From Spongospora subterranea f. sp. subterranea (taxonomy: Eukaryota), in the NCBI GenBank assembly GCA_049724395.1, contig JAUGWO010000118.1, forward strand, positions 1 through 64,000: 64,000 nucleotides of DNA. The letters are read 5' to 3'. Below the pieces are notes generated by a model. It was given only the letters and a program-made list of their open reading frames with translations. It made no database searches and was not told where the DNA came from. Positions 12,830-25,406 of this stretch are shown piece by piece (position 1 is the stretch's first letter; every line of letters begins with the position of its first letter). The position numbers and the translations under genes are program-made.

Positions 12830-14761
12830 ATGGACGAGATATTCATAGCCCAACACCTCTTTGAACAGCGCCGATATGATGATTGTATCAAGTTATGTGA
12901 TAATATATTGGATAAGGAATCCCTTGATCAAACGGCCTGGTTAATGAAACTAAGGGCTCTGATCGAAAAGGATTTCATAGATGATATCGATCTGGAAGAG
13001 GAAGGCGTCGCTGAGATATTACTTGATCAGAATTACGCCATCAATGATCCATCCAATATTCGTCCTGGGACATCATTAAGGCGGCCATTAACCACAACTG
13101 GACCGTCAACGACAGGTTCAATACGTCCATTAACAGCTACAAACCGTCCAATGACCGGGTTCGCCAGACCAGGGACAAGGTCGGTTGATATCCAGATTAG
13201 ACAGGAGGTGATATTGATTGGCTGTAGTGCTCGTGTTGGAACCAGCTCATCAACTAGTCGACAAGCACTACAGAGTGGTCGACCTGGAACTTCACGACCT
13301 ATAACAGTTGCTGGAAGGCAGATTAGATTAGGGACACAGTCAATGATCATGAAATCGGCCAACGATTCGTTTATTGATTCTACCCAAGTAGATATTGACA
13401 AGTTCAGTAAACGGCCTGTATGAGCTCAGGTCTCCCCCATTTCAACACTTCCCATTCTAATTCTGCCCAATCTATGACAGGCTTTAGCGATGGCGCTATG
13501 CGATTATATGCTCTATATTGACCATAATCCTAAGAAGGTCTGTCTGAGCCCTCGAAACACGTCATCTCCTCTCCAACTATTGCTCTTTCAAATCTGGTTT
13601 AGGCTATTGAACTAGCTCTACTCTGCATGCGTTCATCCGATCGCAATTGGTGGTGGTATAATCGTGCTGGTAAAGCCTATTATCAGATGGGAATGCTTCG
13701 TGAAGCGCATGACCAATATAAGTAAGATCGAATCCCATTTCACCAGTGTGTTGATTATCGTCTGAAATGGGCTCAGATTATCGATGAAGCAACAAGAAAT
13801 GGTCTGCACGATTGTAGATTTAGCCAAAGTCTTCTTGCGAATGGATCAACCTAATAACGCCTTATCGCTATATGAGCAAGGATTACAGAATAATCCTGGT
13901 GAAGTTGTTCTACACTTAGGTATTGGAAGAGTGTGTCAGGCTATCAACAACATCAATAAAGCAGACGAATCTTTCAGAAAGGTTTCAATCTGATCAATAT
14001 GGATGGACGCACGTTCTCGACTCAGAATGACATATCATTTTAGGTTCTTCAATGGGACGCATCCAATATTGAGGCGATTGCCACAATTGCAGGACACCAT
14101 TTCTATAACGACCAACCTGAGATCGCTTTGCGATTCTATCGGCGTCTGGTTCAAATGGGCGTCAACAACACCGAGCTCTGGAATAATGTCGGCCTCTCGT
14201 GCTTTTATTGTGCCCAATACGATATGGCATTATCCTGCTTCGAGAAGGCGTTAGGTCTAGCCGACGATTCCAATATGGCTGATGTCTGGTAAATGAGCCC
14301 ATTTCAATGGGGTTATTCCACACGATGGATGATGAGGGTCCTCCCCCTATATTACAGGTATAATATTAGCCATATCGCTATTGGAGTTGGTGATCTGGTA
14401 TTGGCCAATCAATCCCTGAAAATTGCCTTATCTATTGATGGCAACCATGCAGAAGCCATGAACAATCTTGGCGTTCTGGAATTACGGAAAGGCAATCAGC
14501 ATCAAGCCTGTTCATTTTTTGAAATGGCATCAGATCTGGGCCATACTCATTTTGAGCCACTATTCAATGCAGGTTTGATGTGTTTGACATCGATATCTTA
14601 TTTATTACTCTAATCAACTTTCAATAGCGTTAGTCGCTGACGCCGTTGGAGACAGACAAAAGTGCTGGAATATGGTGACGAAAGCGCTGACAATATTCCC
14701 TGAACATAAGGATTCGGCAGAACTAAGGGATTCAATAATGAAGCAGTTTATAATGGCATAA
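12830..14761 (+). CDS. BBS8: Bardet-Biedl syndrome 8 / TTC8 TPR protein (BBSome subunit), multi-exon
   Basis: DQTAWLMKLRAL..DDIDLEEEGVAEILLD, RPGTSLRRP, RPMTGFARPGT, RMDQPNNAL, QPEIALRFYRRLVQMG, ELWNNVGL and HAEAMNNLGVLE motifs, with several ~50-60 nt introns. Confidence 0.93.
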
Positions 14762-14821
14762 AACATGAAATCCCAGTTCTGAACAGGGCTCGTCCTTTAT
14801 CATACCAGGGCACGATCATCA

Positions 14822-17800
14822 TTATAGCTGAAATACATTCCATATAAAGACGTTGCCGCCTTCACCAGAACTAATCAACTGTTTCCCATCTGGACTAAAC
14901 TTAACACATGTCACCGATCGTGAATGTCCAACACCAACAGCTATGAAGACACAATCAGATCAGACCCTGTTTTCCACTGATCAGTATCAGGGTGGCGATC
15001 CCTATCCTACATAATAGTTTCATTGCCCGAATATCGAATAGTTTAGCATAGGAGTGACTATCGCCAACAGCGAATAGATTCCCAGATGGATTAACATCTA
15101 TGGAATTCCCTTCACTATTAAGCTCTATTATATTAACGGCCTGTGGTGATCGCAAATCCCAGAATGTCACTCTCTTTTCCTGTCCAACACTAATCACCAA
15201 CATCTCGTCGCGTGTAAGCCCAATATCGTTGATACCGCCCATATTTTGGCGATGACAAGATACACGAAGCTCGGCCTGTGAAAGTGTGGTATGAGACAAT
15301 AATGATGGATAAGGATATTGGAGAGGGGCTAAGGGCCCTCCTAACCTGTAAATCCCAACATAATATACTCCTGTCTCTACTACAGGATATCGCTCGACGA
15401 TTATCGCCATATATAGCCACATTAGGGACATAACTTGTGTGTTCTTTCAGGTGGGATAATAGCTCCTTATTCCTAATATCCCATACCCTAACATCTCCTT
15501 CACATCCACCGCTAACCAGGAATTTCTGAGCGAGAGAGATAGGAGGTTGGATATGGATACGAGATGGAGAGGATTACACAAACCTCATTGCGACTTAACG
15601 ATAGGGCTGATATCCCACCTGAATGGGCATGATCAATATACCATAATGGATCAGCTGTTCCTGCTTCAAATGATCGAATACGGCCATCGCTCCAACCGCT
15701 GATAATACACTCGTCTGATATGACCAGACATGATGGAATATGGGAATCAGCTCGAGCACTGCAGATTAGAGAGTAATCAGACACATCCCAAACCCTGGAA
15801 CAACATGAGTTGAGAGATATAGGGGGTGTGGGAGATAGATGAGGGGCCGATTACTTAATGGTGCTGTCGGTTGAGCAGGAGGCAAACCTATCTGATATGG
15901 CGACAGGGAATCCGACTGCATTAACGGAACCAGAATGGCTTTGGGAGACGAGAAACTACAAGGGGGTTAGATGGTTAATGGATAATGGAGGATGATTATG
16001 GGGATATGCACTAACATTATGGGATGGGTCTGATATCTGAATACGATAGGTGTCTCCTGTTAAGGTTCCAACCATTCCTTCACAATCATCACAACCGCTA
16101 CTGATTGACGCGATTGGACCAGAACAATGAACACGACTCTTGGCGATGAACTCTTTCTGCAACCGCATTATGATAATCAGGGAATGAGAGCCGGGTGACG
16201 ATAAACGATGATGATGACCGGATTAACGAATTGGTATTTAGTGATGGAAGAATCACCACCTCCAGAAATTATATCGTATGATGAGGTAATCAATAGGGAT
16301 AATACACCACCTGAACAGACAGGGAAGGTACAGCATATACCTTTATTACGAACCTGATGAAGGAGATGGGGATTAGCGAGGAGGAGGGGATGCCAGGGAT
16401 GATCATCATTACCAGGAATACAGTGATATCACCTGTAGCTGATCCACCAATAAGATACTCACCATCGCCAGAGTATTGAATAGATCTGCAATGATAGATG
16501 GGGATCATGACCTGTTCTGGGGAAGGGGGATTATAATCATGCCCACATACTGATAGGTTCGCTTGAACGAGCCCGTTCTCAGCTGATTATTATCAACAAT
16601 GAGTCTGATGACGACACAGACAGGGGAATCTCCTTCACCTTATCATGGTGTAATTGTCCAGTACTTGGAGTTAACGTCCATAATTCAATATAGCTCTCGT
16701 CTTTACTACATGTGGCGAACTGACAATCAAGGGTGGGACGCCGTTTAATATCTGATCTGATATCATTAAGGGATAATCGATAAATGTGGGAGATCAGCAA
16801 CCTTTAACTCGTCCTCCCCAGGCGATCTGATTGAAAGGAAATGGAGCTGCTGCTGATGATCCCACTATATATCCACTACAGAACATATCAGATTCATTGG
16901 GAACACGTTTGAGGAAAATCGCCGAAACGAATGGAATTATTTTGGAAGGGGATAAAGGCGAATAGTGTCGATGGTGATATCAGGTATTGCAATACCTGGT
17001 ACAATCCCATATAATCAATTTTCCATTAATTGATGAACCAACGGTGACCAGAAATTTCTAATCACATTAAATATTAGGTGGGGGTTATAATAGGGATTAG
17101 ATAATGGGGATAAAGGAATACCCCATCCCATGAGAATCGAACTACTGCAATACCAAACTGGTGCTCCTCAAGTCTGAACTTGATCGATTGTGTTTGATAA
17201 TCCCAGATAATCACATCCGATTCGACACCTTCTTGACCTGACGCGATCATATTCCCCTATTTCAGGCCATATTGGGTTAGTGTGAGCATGATGAAGGGGG
17301 TTATGATCATCAGCGACATACAGATGGAGATATATCCATACAGGTTATTGTCTGGCTATGGCCGTTTAGAAATGATTGACAATGGGGATCATTCAGGTCG
17401 TTGATCACTATAATCATCATTAACTTTCGACTATACGGTTCCCAATGTGGTTTACCAATACAGGCACCAGATGCGACAATAAAATGGGCCGAATCAGGGT
17501 GCATTATAATGCCGTTATTAGCAGAACTAGTATAACCAATTGCATGATCCAATTCAAGTTGATAGGAGGGTGGTGATGATGGGGGAGAGGGCAACTCTCC
17601 AATCTCCTTGTGCATGGGATTTACGGCCATCGCCTCGTCCATTGACCTATGTTGGTTCATTGGGCCAACAATCGAGGGCAACTGTGCCAGAAGGGGAGGT
17701 GGTGTTGGCCAGGGGAGAGCTGTGCCTGAGGAGAGCTGTGTGCCAGAGGTGGCGATATGATATTGACCAGAGGAGAGCTGTGCCAGAGGTGGCGATATGA

Positions 17801-17847
17801 TATTGGCCAGAGGAGTTATCTATATGGTGTTTACAGCACAGAGTCAT
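14822..17847 (-). CDS. WD40-repeat flagellar protein, CFAP52/WDR16-like (many introns; start approximate)
   Basis: LELDHAIGY..GIIMHPD, QSFLNGHSQTITCMDISPS, ISGWSDGRIR, SCSRDRSILCWDL, ISVGQEKRVTFWDLR and terminal FSPDGKQLISSGEGGNVFIWN. Confidence 0.75.
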
Positions 17848-18512
17848 TCAATCATTATCACCTTAATCATCATTAGGTTCAGTAATAATTTCAGTCGACG
17901 CTCAATAGAATGGTAGATTGAAGGGCTGTGGGTTTATTGGCTAGCAGCCTCTAACAATAAACACTCGTTAGCTTTTCCAGGAATTCCAGCTCCTCCAAGT
18001 AAATTATCCCATTCCTCAAGTCTGATGATCAAATAGCGATTCTCCTACCACAACTGAACATAGCCAAACTACAATCATATGGCAATAGGCTGAGAGAATG
18101 CTCTTAGCACTATTGTAGTTCGCTAGTTTTGCAAAATAGCGTTCTGGTTTGAGACGAATATACAATGTAATATTGAACCGCAGCTGAGAGTACTACCACT
18201 AGGCCGATTCCTTCAACGATCTCATTCGCTTTTGGGCAACCATTGCGCCGTCATTTGATATACAACCATTGCACTATCTTATTGAGAATTAGGAACTGAA
18301 AGGCAGTACAAAACACATCATCTAGGGTAATGTTGGAAAACAGTAAGAATACAGTCATCGAAACCGGGACAAACACTGCAGAAAAGCGACTAGACACCAT
18401 AGTTGTTTAGTATGGCGGACCGGAAAATTCAAATACCAGACGTGATATTGGACATCAAACATTGCACACACTTCAGCAATGTTGAAGGCGTTATATGAAT
18501 ATGATATGTAGT

Positions 18513-20581
18513 TTATAGTTTGCATGGTAATGCTGAGATAAGACAATCAATAGCAGGTTGAGACACCATAACTTGAACAGAATCAGACGAATGCCAACAT
18601 GTCACAAAAAGAGGGGATGATGGTGATTTCGAATCATCAGATGGAATCATGGTGCTGATTAAGAATGAACCTATGCCAATGGTACTCAACCCAGTTCGTT
18701 CGTGATCTGGTAGATCGCTATATGAGAGGGTCTTGGCAGCGAGTAATTGACCGAATAGGTCATTAGGCCATTGACAAACACGCTGACTCATGAAACGGTG
18801 TAATATTGATGCACCATTATGGGCAATACGGTATGGAGGAGATCGCGGGTCTTTCCGACGACTTGGCTCGAACAGAATCACGCCGGCATGAACAACTTTT
18901 AACGAGCGACGAACACATGATGATGATTGCAATACAGCGTCAACAGCAGAATTCATGAGATAGATACGGCCGATAGCATTCCTGGGATTACTTGATCGAG
19001 ACCATAATTGATTAACAGGGAATGACGAAGATAAACCGAACACAGACACCAGGTTATCAACCACTGGACGATGATCGCTATAATCCATCAGGCGGAAAAA
19101 TCGTTCCCCATCACCATTAATAACCGGATTTTTGATAATGGGATCAACCGATGATGACGTCGCCACCGCTGCTGTCTCTGGTACAATGGGCTCAGGCACT
19201 GGCTCAGATCCAGATTTGACCATAACGGCGATGAAGAATCCTCCTGTATCCTGATCATGGGGCAATACGCGAATGCAGCGATTGAGGCTGAACTGCTGGA
19301 TTTCGTCTGATGTCGGCGGAAATACACTTGATCTGAAGCTATTCTGCAATTGTTCTGGGACTTGACTATAGTCGCTATATTCAACGTCCTTATTGAACAC
19401 TTTCCAATGCGTCAGTCCTGGTCTACCAATCAATCCAGGTAACTGATCTGAGACATCAATTAGGGATAAGGATCCGCCTGAAGCTCGTAAGATATGGGAA
19501 ACAACAGCTTCATTCTCGATGGGATTGAAACTGCAGGTTGAATAAACTAATCGTGATCCGGGCTTCAGCAGTTGCAACGCACGCGTCACTATATTGATCT
19601 GTAGACGATGCAGTCCAACCGAGTTTCCTGTGTTCCATTTCGACCAAATCTCACTATTCTTGCGAACAGTCCCATCGCCTAATACAGAACCAAGAAAATA
19701 TCAGAAAACCGTTTCCTGATGGGAATAGGTACAATACCTGAACATGGAACATCGCAGAGAATTCGATCGAAAGACAGGCGTGATCCCTCAGCCAATGTTA
19801 GAGATGGAAAGTGCTGAGCTTCATGATTCGTGACAATAAAACATGGTACACAGAGTCTGTTCAACTGATGCACTAGATTATTAGCACGTATCGGAGATGC
19901 ATCATTGGCCAAAATGAATCCTGGGGCTAATGGACCAGAGCCACCAACAACCATCTCAAGTAGCTGTGCCGTTTTGGAACCGGGGGCTGCACATGTATCT
20001 AAAACGGCGTGATGACCTTGAACATCGAGAAGAATGGCTGGGATCATTGATACAGCCTATCCTCATAGTGAGTTCATGAGATCAAAACAAGAAGGGAATA
20101 GCAAAACCTCTTGGCGGCTAATAAACCCCTTCTCGTTCAAAGAAAACACCCATTTGTTCAACTCTGATAAATGGGGGTGCTTTTTGAGCTGACGTTTAGT
20201 GGCTCCAATCTGCCAGGCTAGATCATCCCTATACCATTTTAATGGCTTAGGAGCTTGGACCCTCCATTCTGGATGAATATTCTCTTCCGGTTCAGCATCG
20301 GCAATTGAATCAAAATCCCCTCGTTTGAGGAGGGCTAAAGCCCCTTGAAACGGCATATTTGAGTTGAACCTGAATGTTATTGGCAATGGTCTCTGGCACG
20401 AGGATTGAAAGATATCCCATTGGTCATCTGGCACTATCTTCTGCGCTTTGTAATACGCAATGAACTGGTCACTAATGGGACACTCAGACCATTGCTCTTT
20501 TCGCCATAAAGAGCGGTCCGACTCGACCTGAGGCCGGTCCCTTTTAGCGCTGCTGTGACGCCGTTTGTATTGCCTCCCCAT
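18513..20581 (-). CDS. NSUN2: tRNA (cytosine-5)-methyltransferase NSUN2/NCL1
   Basis: GFISRQE, MIPAILLDV..HAVLDTCAAPGSKTAQLLE, FDRILCDVPCSGDG, LVYSTCSFNPIENEAVV and PHDQDTGGFFIAV. Confidence 0.93.
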
Positions 20582-20737
20582 TGAAACTATGAGATTCCCT
20601 TTCAGTGTTCCCCCTTTGTCGATCAATGATGTTCAAGTCCGTCACGGATTAACAATTCCGGGGTTTTCCAAAAAAAATCCGACGATTTACAGGTCTGTAA
20701 GTGACAAAGAGAATCATTGTTATGGAAAAAATATTGT

Positions 20738-22056
20738 CTAGGTTGTTTCCTTGTATAAATAATGCCCTAGAGTTAGGCCTAGCTGCTGCGAGACGGAGAC
20801 TGCTGTGTTTTTATCGATCATGCATATTAACTTGGTCGTGTCGATAGCAGATTTGGCTAATACACCAGACCCACATACTAGTAAATATCGCATTGCCACT
20901 AAATCACTGATCTACACACATAGGTAAACCAACAAAAACCCATGTCATGTTTTGATATGATATTATCACCTGAATATATACATCATCTTCGTGAAAAGGT
21001 TCAGATGACAATTCACACATTATCGCCAACATTCTGTCTAAACTGAACTCTTTCGGACCTATCAATAACTGATTCTGCTTCGATTTCGCATCTGTAGTTC
21101 TCAGATCATTCCTCTGCTTTGAACTTCTTTGTGGCTCATGCTTAAACATTTGACAGTCAGACCCAACTGATATTGTCAGCGATATATTAGCAATTTGCAG
21201 TGAATAACAAAAACAAAAATAGCTTGATTTACCTGGGTTATATGAAGCTAGGAATGATGCAACCAATACGACCTTCGACAGCTGTGTGATATTGAGTTGG
21301 GTTCGTATCTTACAGGAATCATCTGTTTTTTGGAGACGGGCGATACCCTGATTAAGCTGGGACATGTCAGTCTTTAGGCACTGGAGAGCAGTAAGCGGAT
21401 CCTGGCCCAAATAATTTGTGTATAATGGTGCCAGCACTCGCAGACAATGCTCTAGATCTTCGAGATCGCGATTAGGAAATGCGCTTAACAAGTGAGAGGT
21501 TAAGGGCTCAGGGCATCCGACAGCAGTAGATAGCATCTCACAAATGATTTTATCGCTCAACACCATATGAATGTGGCGAGACATTACTGAATGGCGCTTG
21601 ATATTGCTATCATAAAAATATGTATCAAATGAAGGGCATACAGGTGCACACAAATTCAGAGTACAATGGAAACTTAGTTGCAATTATCAGACGTAATCCG
21701 ATTATTATCGATGGCAGCTTGGCTAGCTTGATGAGATCGTCGCTATCTGAAGTAAGAACATGCTTACAGACTATGGTTGCTGGCTTGGGAAGTGTATAGG
21801 GTGTTATTGCATCTGCAATACCTATCAATGCACATGAATAGTTATGAGCATTGTACTGCTGGGAATATGATGCATTACAGAGTGCGTTGGAAATAAATGA
21901 CATGATCTCAGAGCATGTCAATCCTTGGCATGGAATGACTGTAAAGCCGGTTGGGAAGCAAGACCATTGACCCGATATAAAATATAGGTTGGGTGGGTTG
22001 CGGCTGGACAGCAATTTAAAGAGGTCTGGCTCATTATTAATGGTAATTCGGGACAT
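20738..22056 (-). CDS. ORC5: Origin recognition complex subunit 5 (divergent)
   Basis: The C-terminal LSKVVLVASFLASYNP...QLLIGPKEFSLDRMLAI is the ORC5_C signature. Frameshift near 21640-21660 and at least two probable introns. Confidence 0.75.
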
Positions 22057-22871
22057 ATTGTGTGGTCTGGTAGGTCATGTGCCGCCGTACTGTCATTTGA
22101 AGGATACGGGGACCGGGGTCATACGGTAACGGGCACTGTAGAGATGGGGCTGCGCTTGACCGGGAACTTTACCAGACCATGTTCCTGGTCGAATGGGATT
22201 TTCATTGATTGGCTCAAGGGGACAAGCTGGTGTAAGCATGACGACCGATGTCGATAGACCTATGATGCCGTCCATCGTGTACGGTGCCTTTCTTAGCGGT
22301 AGTTTGAAGTTTAGACTTGGGCGTAGGATCGTGGCCTGAACGACTAGGATCATAGGCGCAAGGCCCTGCTTGAAGGTGCGAGCTTCATTGCCATCGCTAT
22401 TGCCATTTTCTCTATAATTGTGACTATATAATGTCAGCGGCTGCGGCAGCCCTTTCATATAAAACTGTAAAACGCCTTCTTTTTCGAATCTACCTTAGGA
22501 TTGAATCAGTAGCCTACAGAGTTCGAAACCCAGCAAAACTGGTTTTTTCACCAGAAACTTACTCCTCGAGGCAAAAAGGGGAACAAGGGCCTATTGAAAC
22601 ACAATTTGTTATCCCCAGTCAGTTTCTTAGGTCGCGACCAGTCGCCAACAATGGGTCCTGACATTAAATGATTAGCGTCTTCTAACGATATTCACAGTGT
22701 CTAACCTTTACATACCTCTCAGTGATCTATGGAAATTGGTGGTGACGTGTTGTTGGACGTCGAGAGCCATTCAGTTGTCCGTTCCTGTCGGAGTATTGAA
22801 TGAAAGAACAGGAAATGAGCGTATGGTCTCACTGCTCAAGCTAAAAATTCATATCCTAAACCATTTAGATC

Positions 22872-23243
22872 ATGGTGTTATCTCTTGCTCGAATGTCGTT
22901 GCCTGCGATCCCGCCATTAGCAATGCAGTTATGTGAACTTGCAGATCAGTATTGTCTCAAGGTCGATATACCTGGCTACGAGAAGGACGAGGTGAAAATT
23001 GGGCTCGATGGGAATTTATTGACCGTTACTGCTAACCAAAAAGATTCGGAGGAGAAGAGAGAGAAAGACCAGAGTTTGAAGACGGTCTACAGTGAACGAG
23101 ATTTGGGGCAACAGGTCTCGCGATCAATTCGGTTGCCAGCTGATATTAACTCGGAGGGCATCACCGCTCAACATCAACTGGGGCAATTGCTGATCACGAT
23201 TCAGAAGAGCCCAGAGAAGTCTCGTACCGTGCAGATTCAATGA
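22872..23243 (+). CDS. Small heat-shock protein (HSP20/alpha-crystallin domain)
   Basis: VDIPGYEKDEVKI.LDGNLLTV, SERDLGQQVSRSIRLPADIN...GQLLITIQK. A short upstream exon is possible. Confidence 0.85.
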   Translation: MVLSLARMSLPAIPPLAMQLCELADQYCLKVDIPGYEKDEVKIGLDGNLLTVTANQKDSEEKREKDQSLKTVYSERDLGQQVSRSIRLPADINSEGITAQHQLGQLLITIQKSPEKSRTVQIQ

Positions 23244-23365
23244 TTGGTGAACTGGACAAGTTCTAGATTCTGATCCATTATATTGACTTTTCAAATGGTT
23301 CATAATACAAGGGAATGATTAGACGACAAGGTCGCCATTTCAGAATTCAATGGTACTTCAATATT

Positions 23366-24151
23366 TTATAGATCCATTTTATCATCTTCAACTTTAGTTG
23401 CTGAAATAATCACGTTCATCCGTACATTTTCTGTATAAACTTCGTCAAATACATCGGCAACAGAATCAAGTGCATCGGAGAGAAATTTTTTATCTTTACG
23501 AGGGTTGAAGAAATTCATTAGGTATCGTCCGTTTGGGCGAAGAAGGCGATATACATCAGAAATGAACTCATTGCTGTATGCGCTTGATGGTATTTCCATA
23601 CCCTTATAAATATCATTGATGATTACATCAAAACTTGAAGAAGCTGAACGGGACAAATACTTTTCAGCAGGTTCGCAAGTGTAAATGATGAATTCACCAT
23701 CGTCTTTCTGAACGAATTTTCGAGAAATCGCAAGAGCGTCTTCACTAATATCAACGGCAACAATATGACAATGAGGGCAACGCCTAGATACAAGAAAAGG
23801 TATAGATCCACCACCAAGACCGAGTAATAGTATATCTAGTGGTTCGGCATCGGCCAGGACGATATCAACAAAAGTGTTGATATATGATAGGGATTCACCA
23901 GTGTTAACCTTTATCTGAGTCTGTACCACACGAAGGTTGTTCTCATATTCAGTAGGTGACGAAGAGGTGACAGTGATCAATGAGGGGTCATCGGATTGAG
24001 CTACAGCCATGAGATCGCGACCACAATACACAATGACACGATTTTCAGGTGGAGGACCACAAGCGGTCAAATCTAGCTGCCCCTGTTCAGAAGCGACAAA
24101 AGCGGATTGCAGAAGCATGCAGCTGATCCACCATACAAGTGCAACAACCAT
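23366..24151 (-). CDS. Class I SAM-dependent methyltransferase (spermidine-synthase-like) with N-terminal signal peptide, intronless
   Basis: ILLLGLGGGSIP (motif I), VAVDIS, FDVIINDIY and LLRPNGRYLMN motifs, plus hydrophobic N-terminus MVVALVWWISCMLLQSAFVA. Confidence 0.8.
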   Translation of the reverse strand: MVVALVWWISCMLLQSAFVASEQGQLDLTACGPPPENRVIVYCGRDLMAVAQSDDPSLITVTSSSPTEYENNLRVVQTQIKVNTGESLSYINTFVDIVLADAEPLDILLLGLGGGSIPFLVSRRCPHCHIVAVDISEDALAISRKFVQKDDGEFIIYTCEPAEKYLSRSASSSFDVIINDIYKGMEIPSSAYSNEFISDVYRLLRPNGRYLMNFFNPRKDKKFLSDALDSVADVFDEVYTENVRMNVIISATKVEDDKMDL

Positions 24152-24994
24152 TGTGATTATGGAATCAGGATTGATGAGTACGATGGATCAGGTCTCCAGT
24201 TGATTGCGGATCAGCGGTCACTCTACGGCATTATCCATGGGCACTGGGAAAACCCCGTGATGTCACTCAACTGAAATAGACTGAAATTGACTTGAACAAG
24301 ACTTCCCTTGAACCGCCGTCAACAGTTATCGTGAAGAGGGACCGTACAAATCTGGATGTGTAGTTTGACCCACAACCGAAATAAGCGTCGCACTATCCGA
24401 TTCCAATTTTATGTTCTTTTTTTGGGGATAACACTCCAAAATGTTTCTCTTAATTTCGGCCGTGTGTATACTTTGGAGCTGGTTCAGTAAAATAGAGGTG
24501 TCAAAACGTGGAGATTCAGATCATGCAGTTTGCGTCCTGCCGATGACCTTCCGGAAGCTCCTTTTTCAACACCGGCCAGGACAGCATTGCCGGCAAGAAA
24601 CCAATCACATCTACCACAAAATACAACACAACCTGTTGTCACTTCAGCGCCATATTAGAGTTTATCAGCTATAAAAGTGCATTACGTATAGCCAATAACT
24701 GAGAAACTCGATGTATTAACTGCCTCAATTTGACTGCGTTAAAATAAAGAGCGTTTATCATGTTAAATTTACTGAGGCAGTATTCACCAACTACCCTGGT
24801 CATTCTTGATTCATCCTAATCTACTAGCTATTGATTGAATGGCAGACCTCTTGCATTATATGACCAGCCCGTTAACCTTGACTATCCAGGTTACCCGTGG
24901 CGGTGTCCGTGACGGATGCAAGTAGGTCGACGCCAAATTGCCTGTTTGGGGGACCTGACGTTATCAGACAGACGCCGCCAATCCGTTAGACGCA

Positions 24995-25267
24995 ATGGCC
25001 AAGAGCAAGAACCACACCGCCCACAATCAGACGGCCAAGGCCCACAAGAATGGTATCAAGAAGCCCAAACGATCCCGCACTACCTCAACCCGTGGTGTAA
25101 GAAGATCGCTTAAATCTATAGATCGCCATTGTTATTTTATGGCGGTTGTATTTTAAATCACCGTTACTAACACTACGCTTGCTCTACAGATGGATCAGAA
25201 ATTCGTACGTAACTTGAAGTTCGCTCGTAAGGGCAACGCCAACAAGTCTAAATCTGATGACGAATGA
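24995..25267 (+). CDS. RPL29: 60S ribosomal protein L29 (eL29)
   Basis: [25 protein letters not shown]...[18 protein letters not shown]. Intron 25097-25189 has a TACTAAC branch point. Confidence 0.96.
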
Positions 25268-25406
25268 TTATTCTAAACTCGATTCATTCCAATAATAAGC
25301 ATGCATATCCGCTTTATTCTTAGTCACTTTCCAGAAATCATGCTCTGCGTCAAACAATCTGATACTGATATGACGCGATCCTATGAAACTTGATCGGTTC
25401 ATGATT

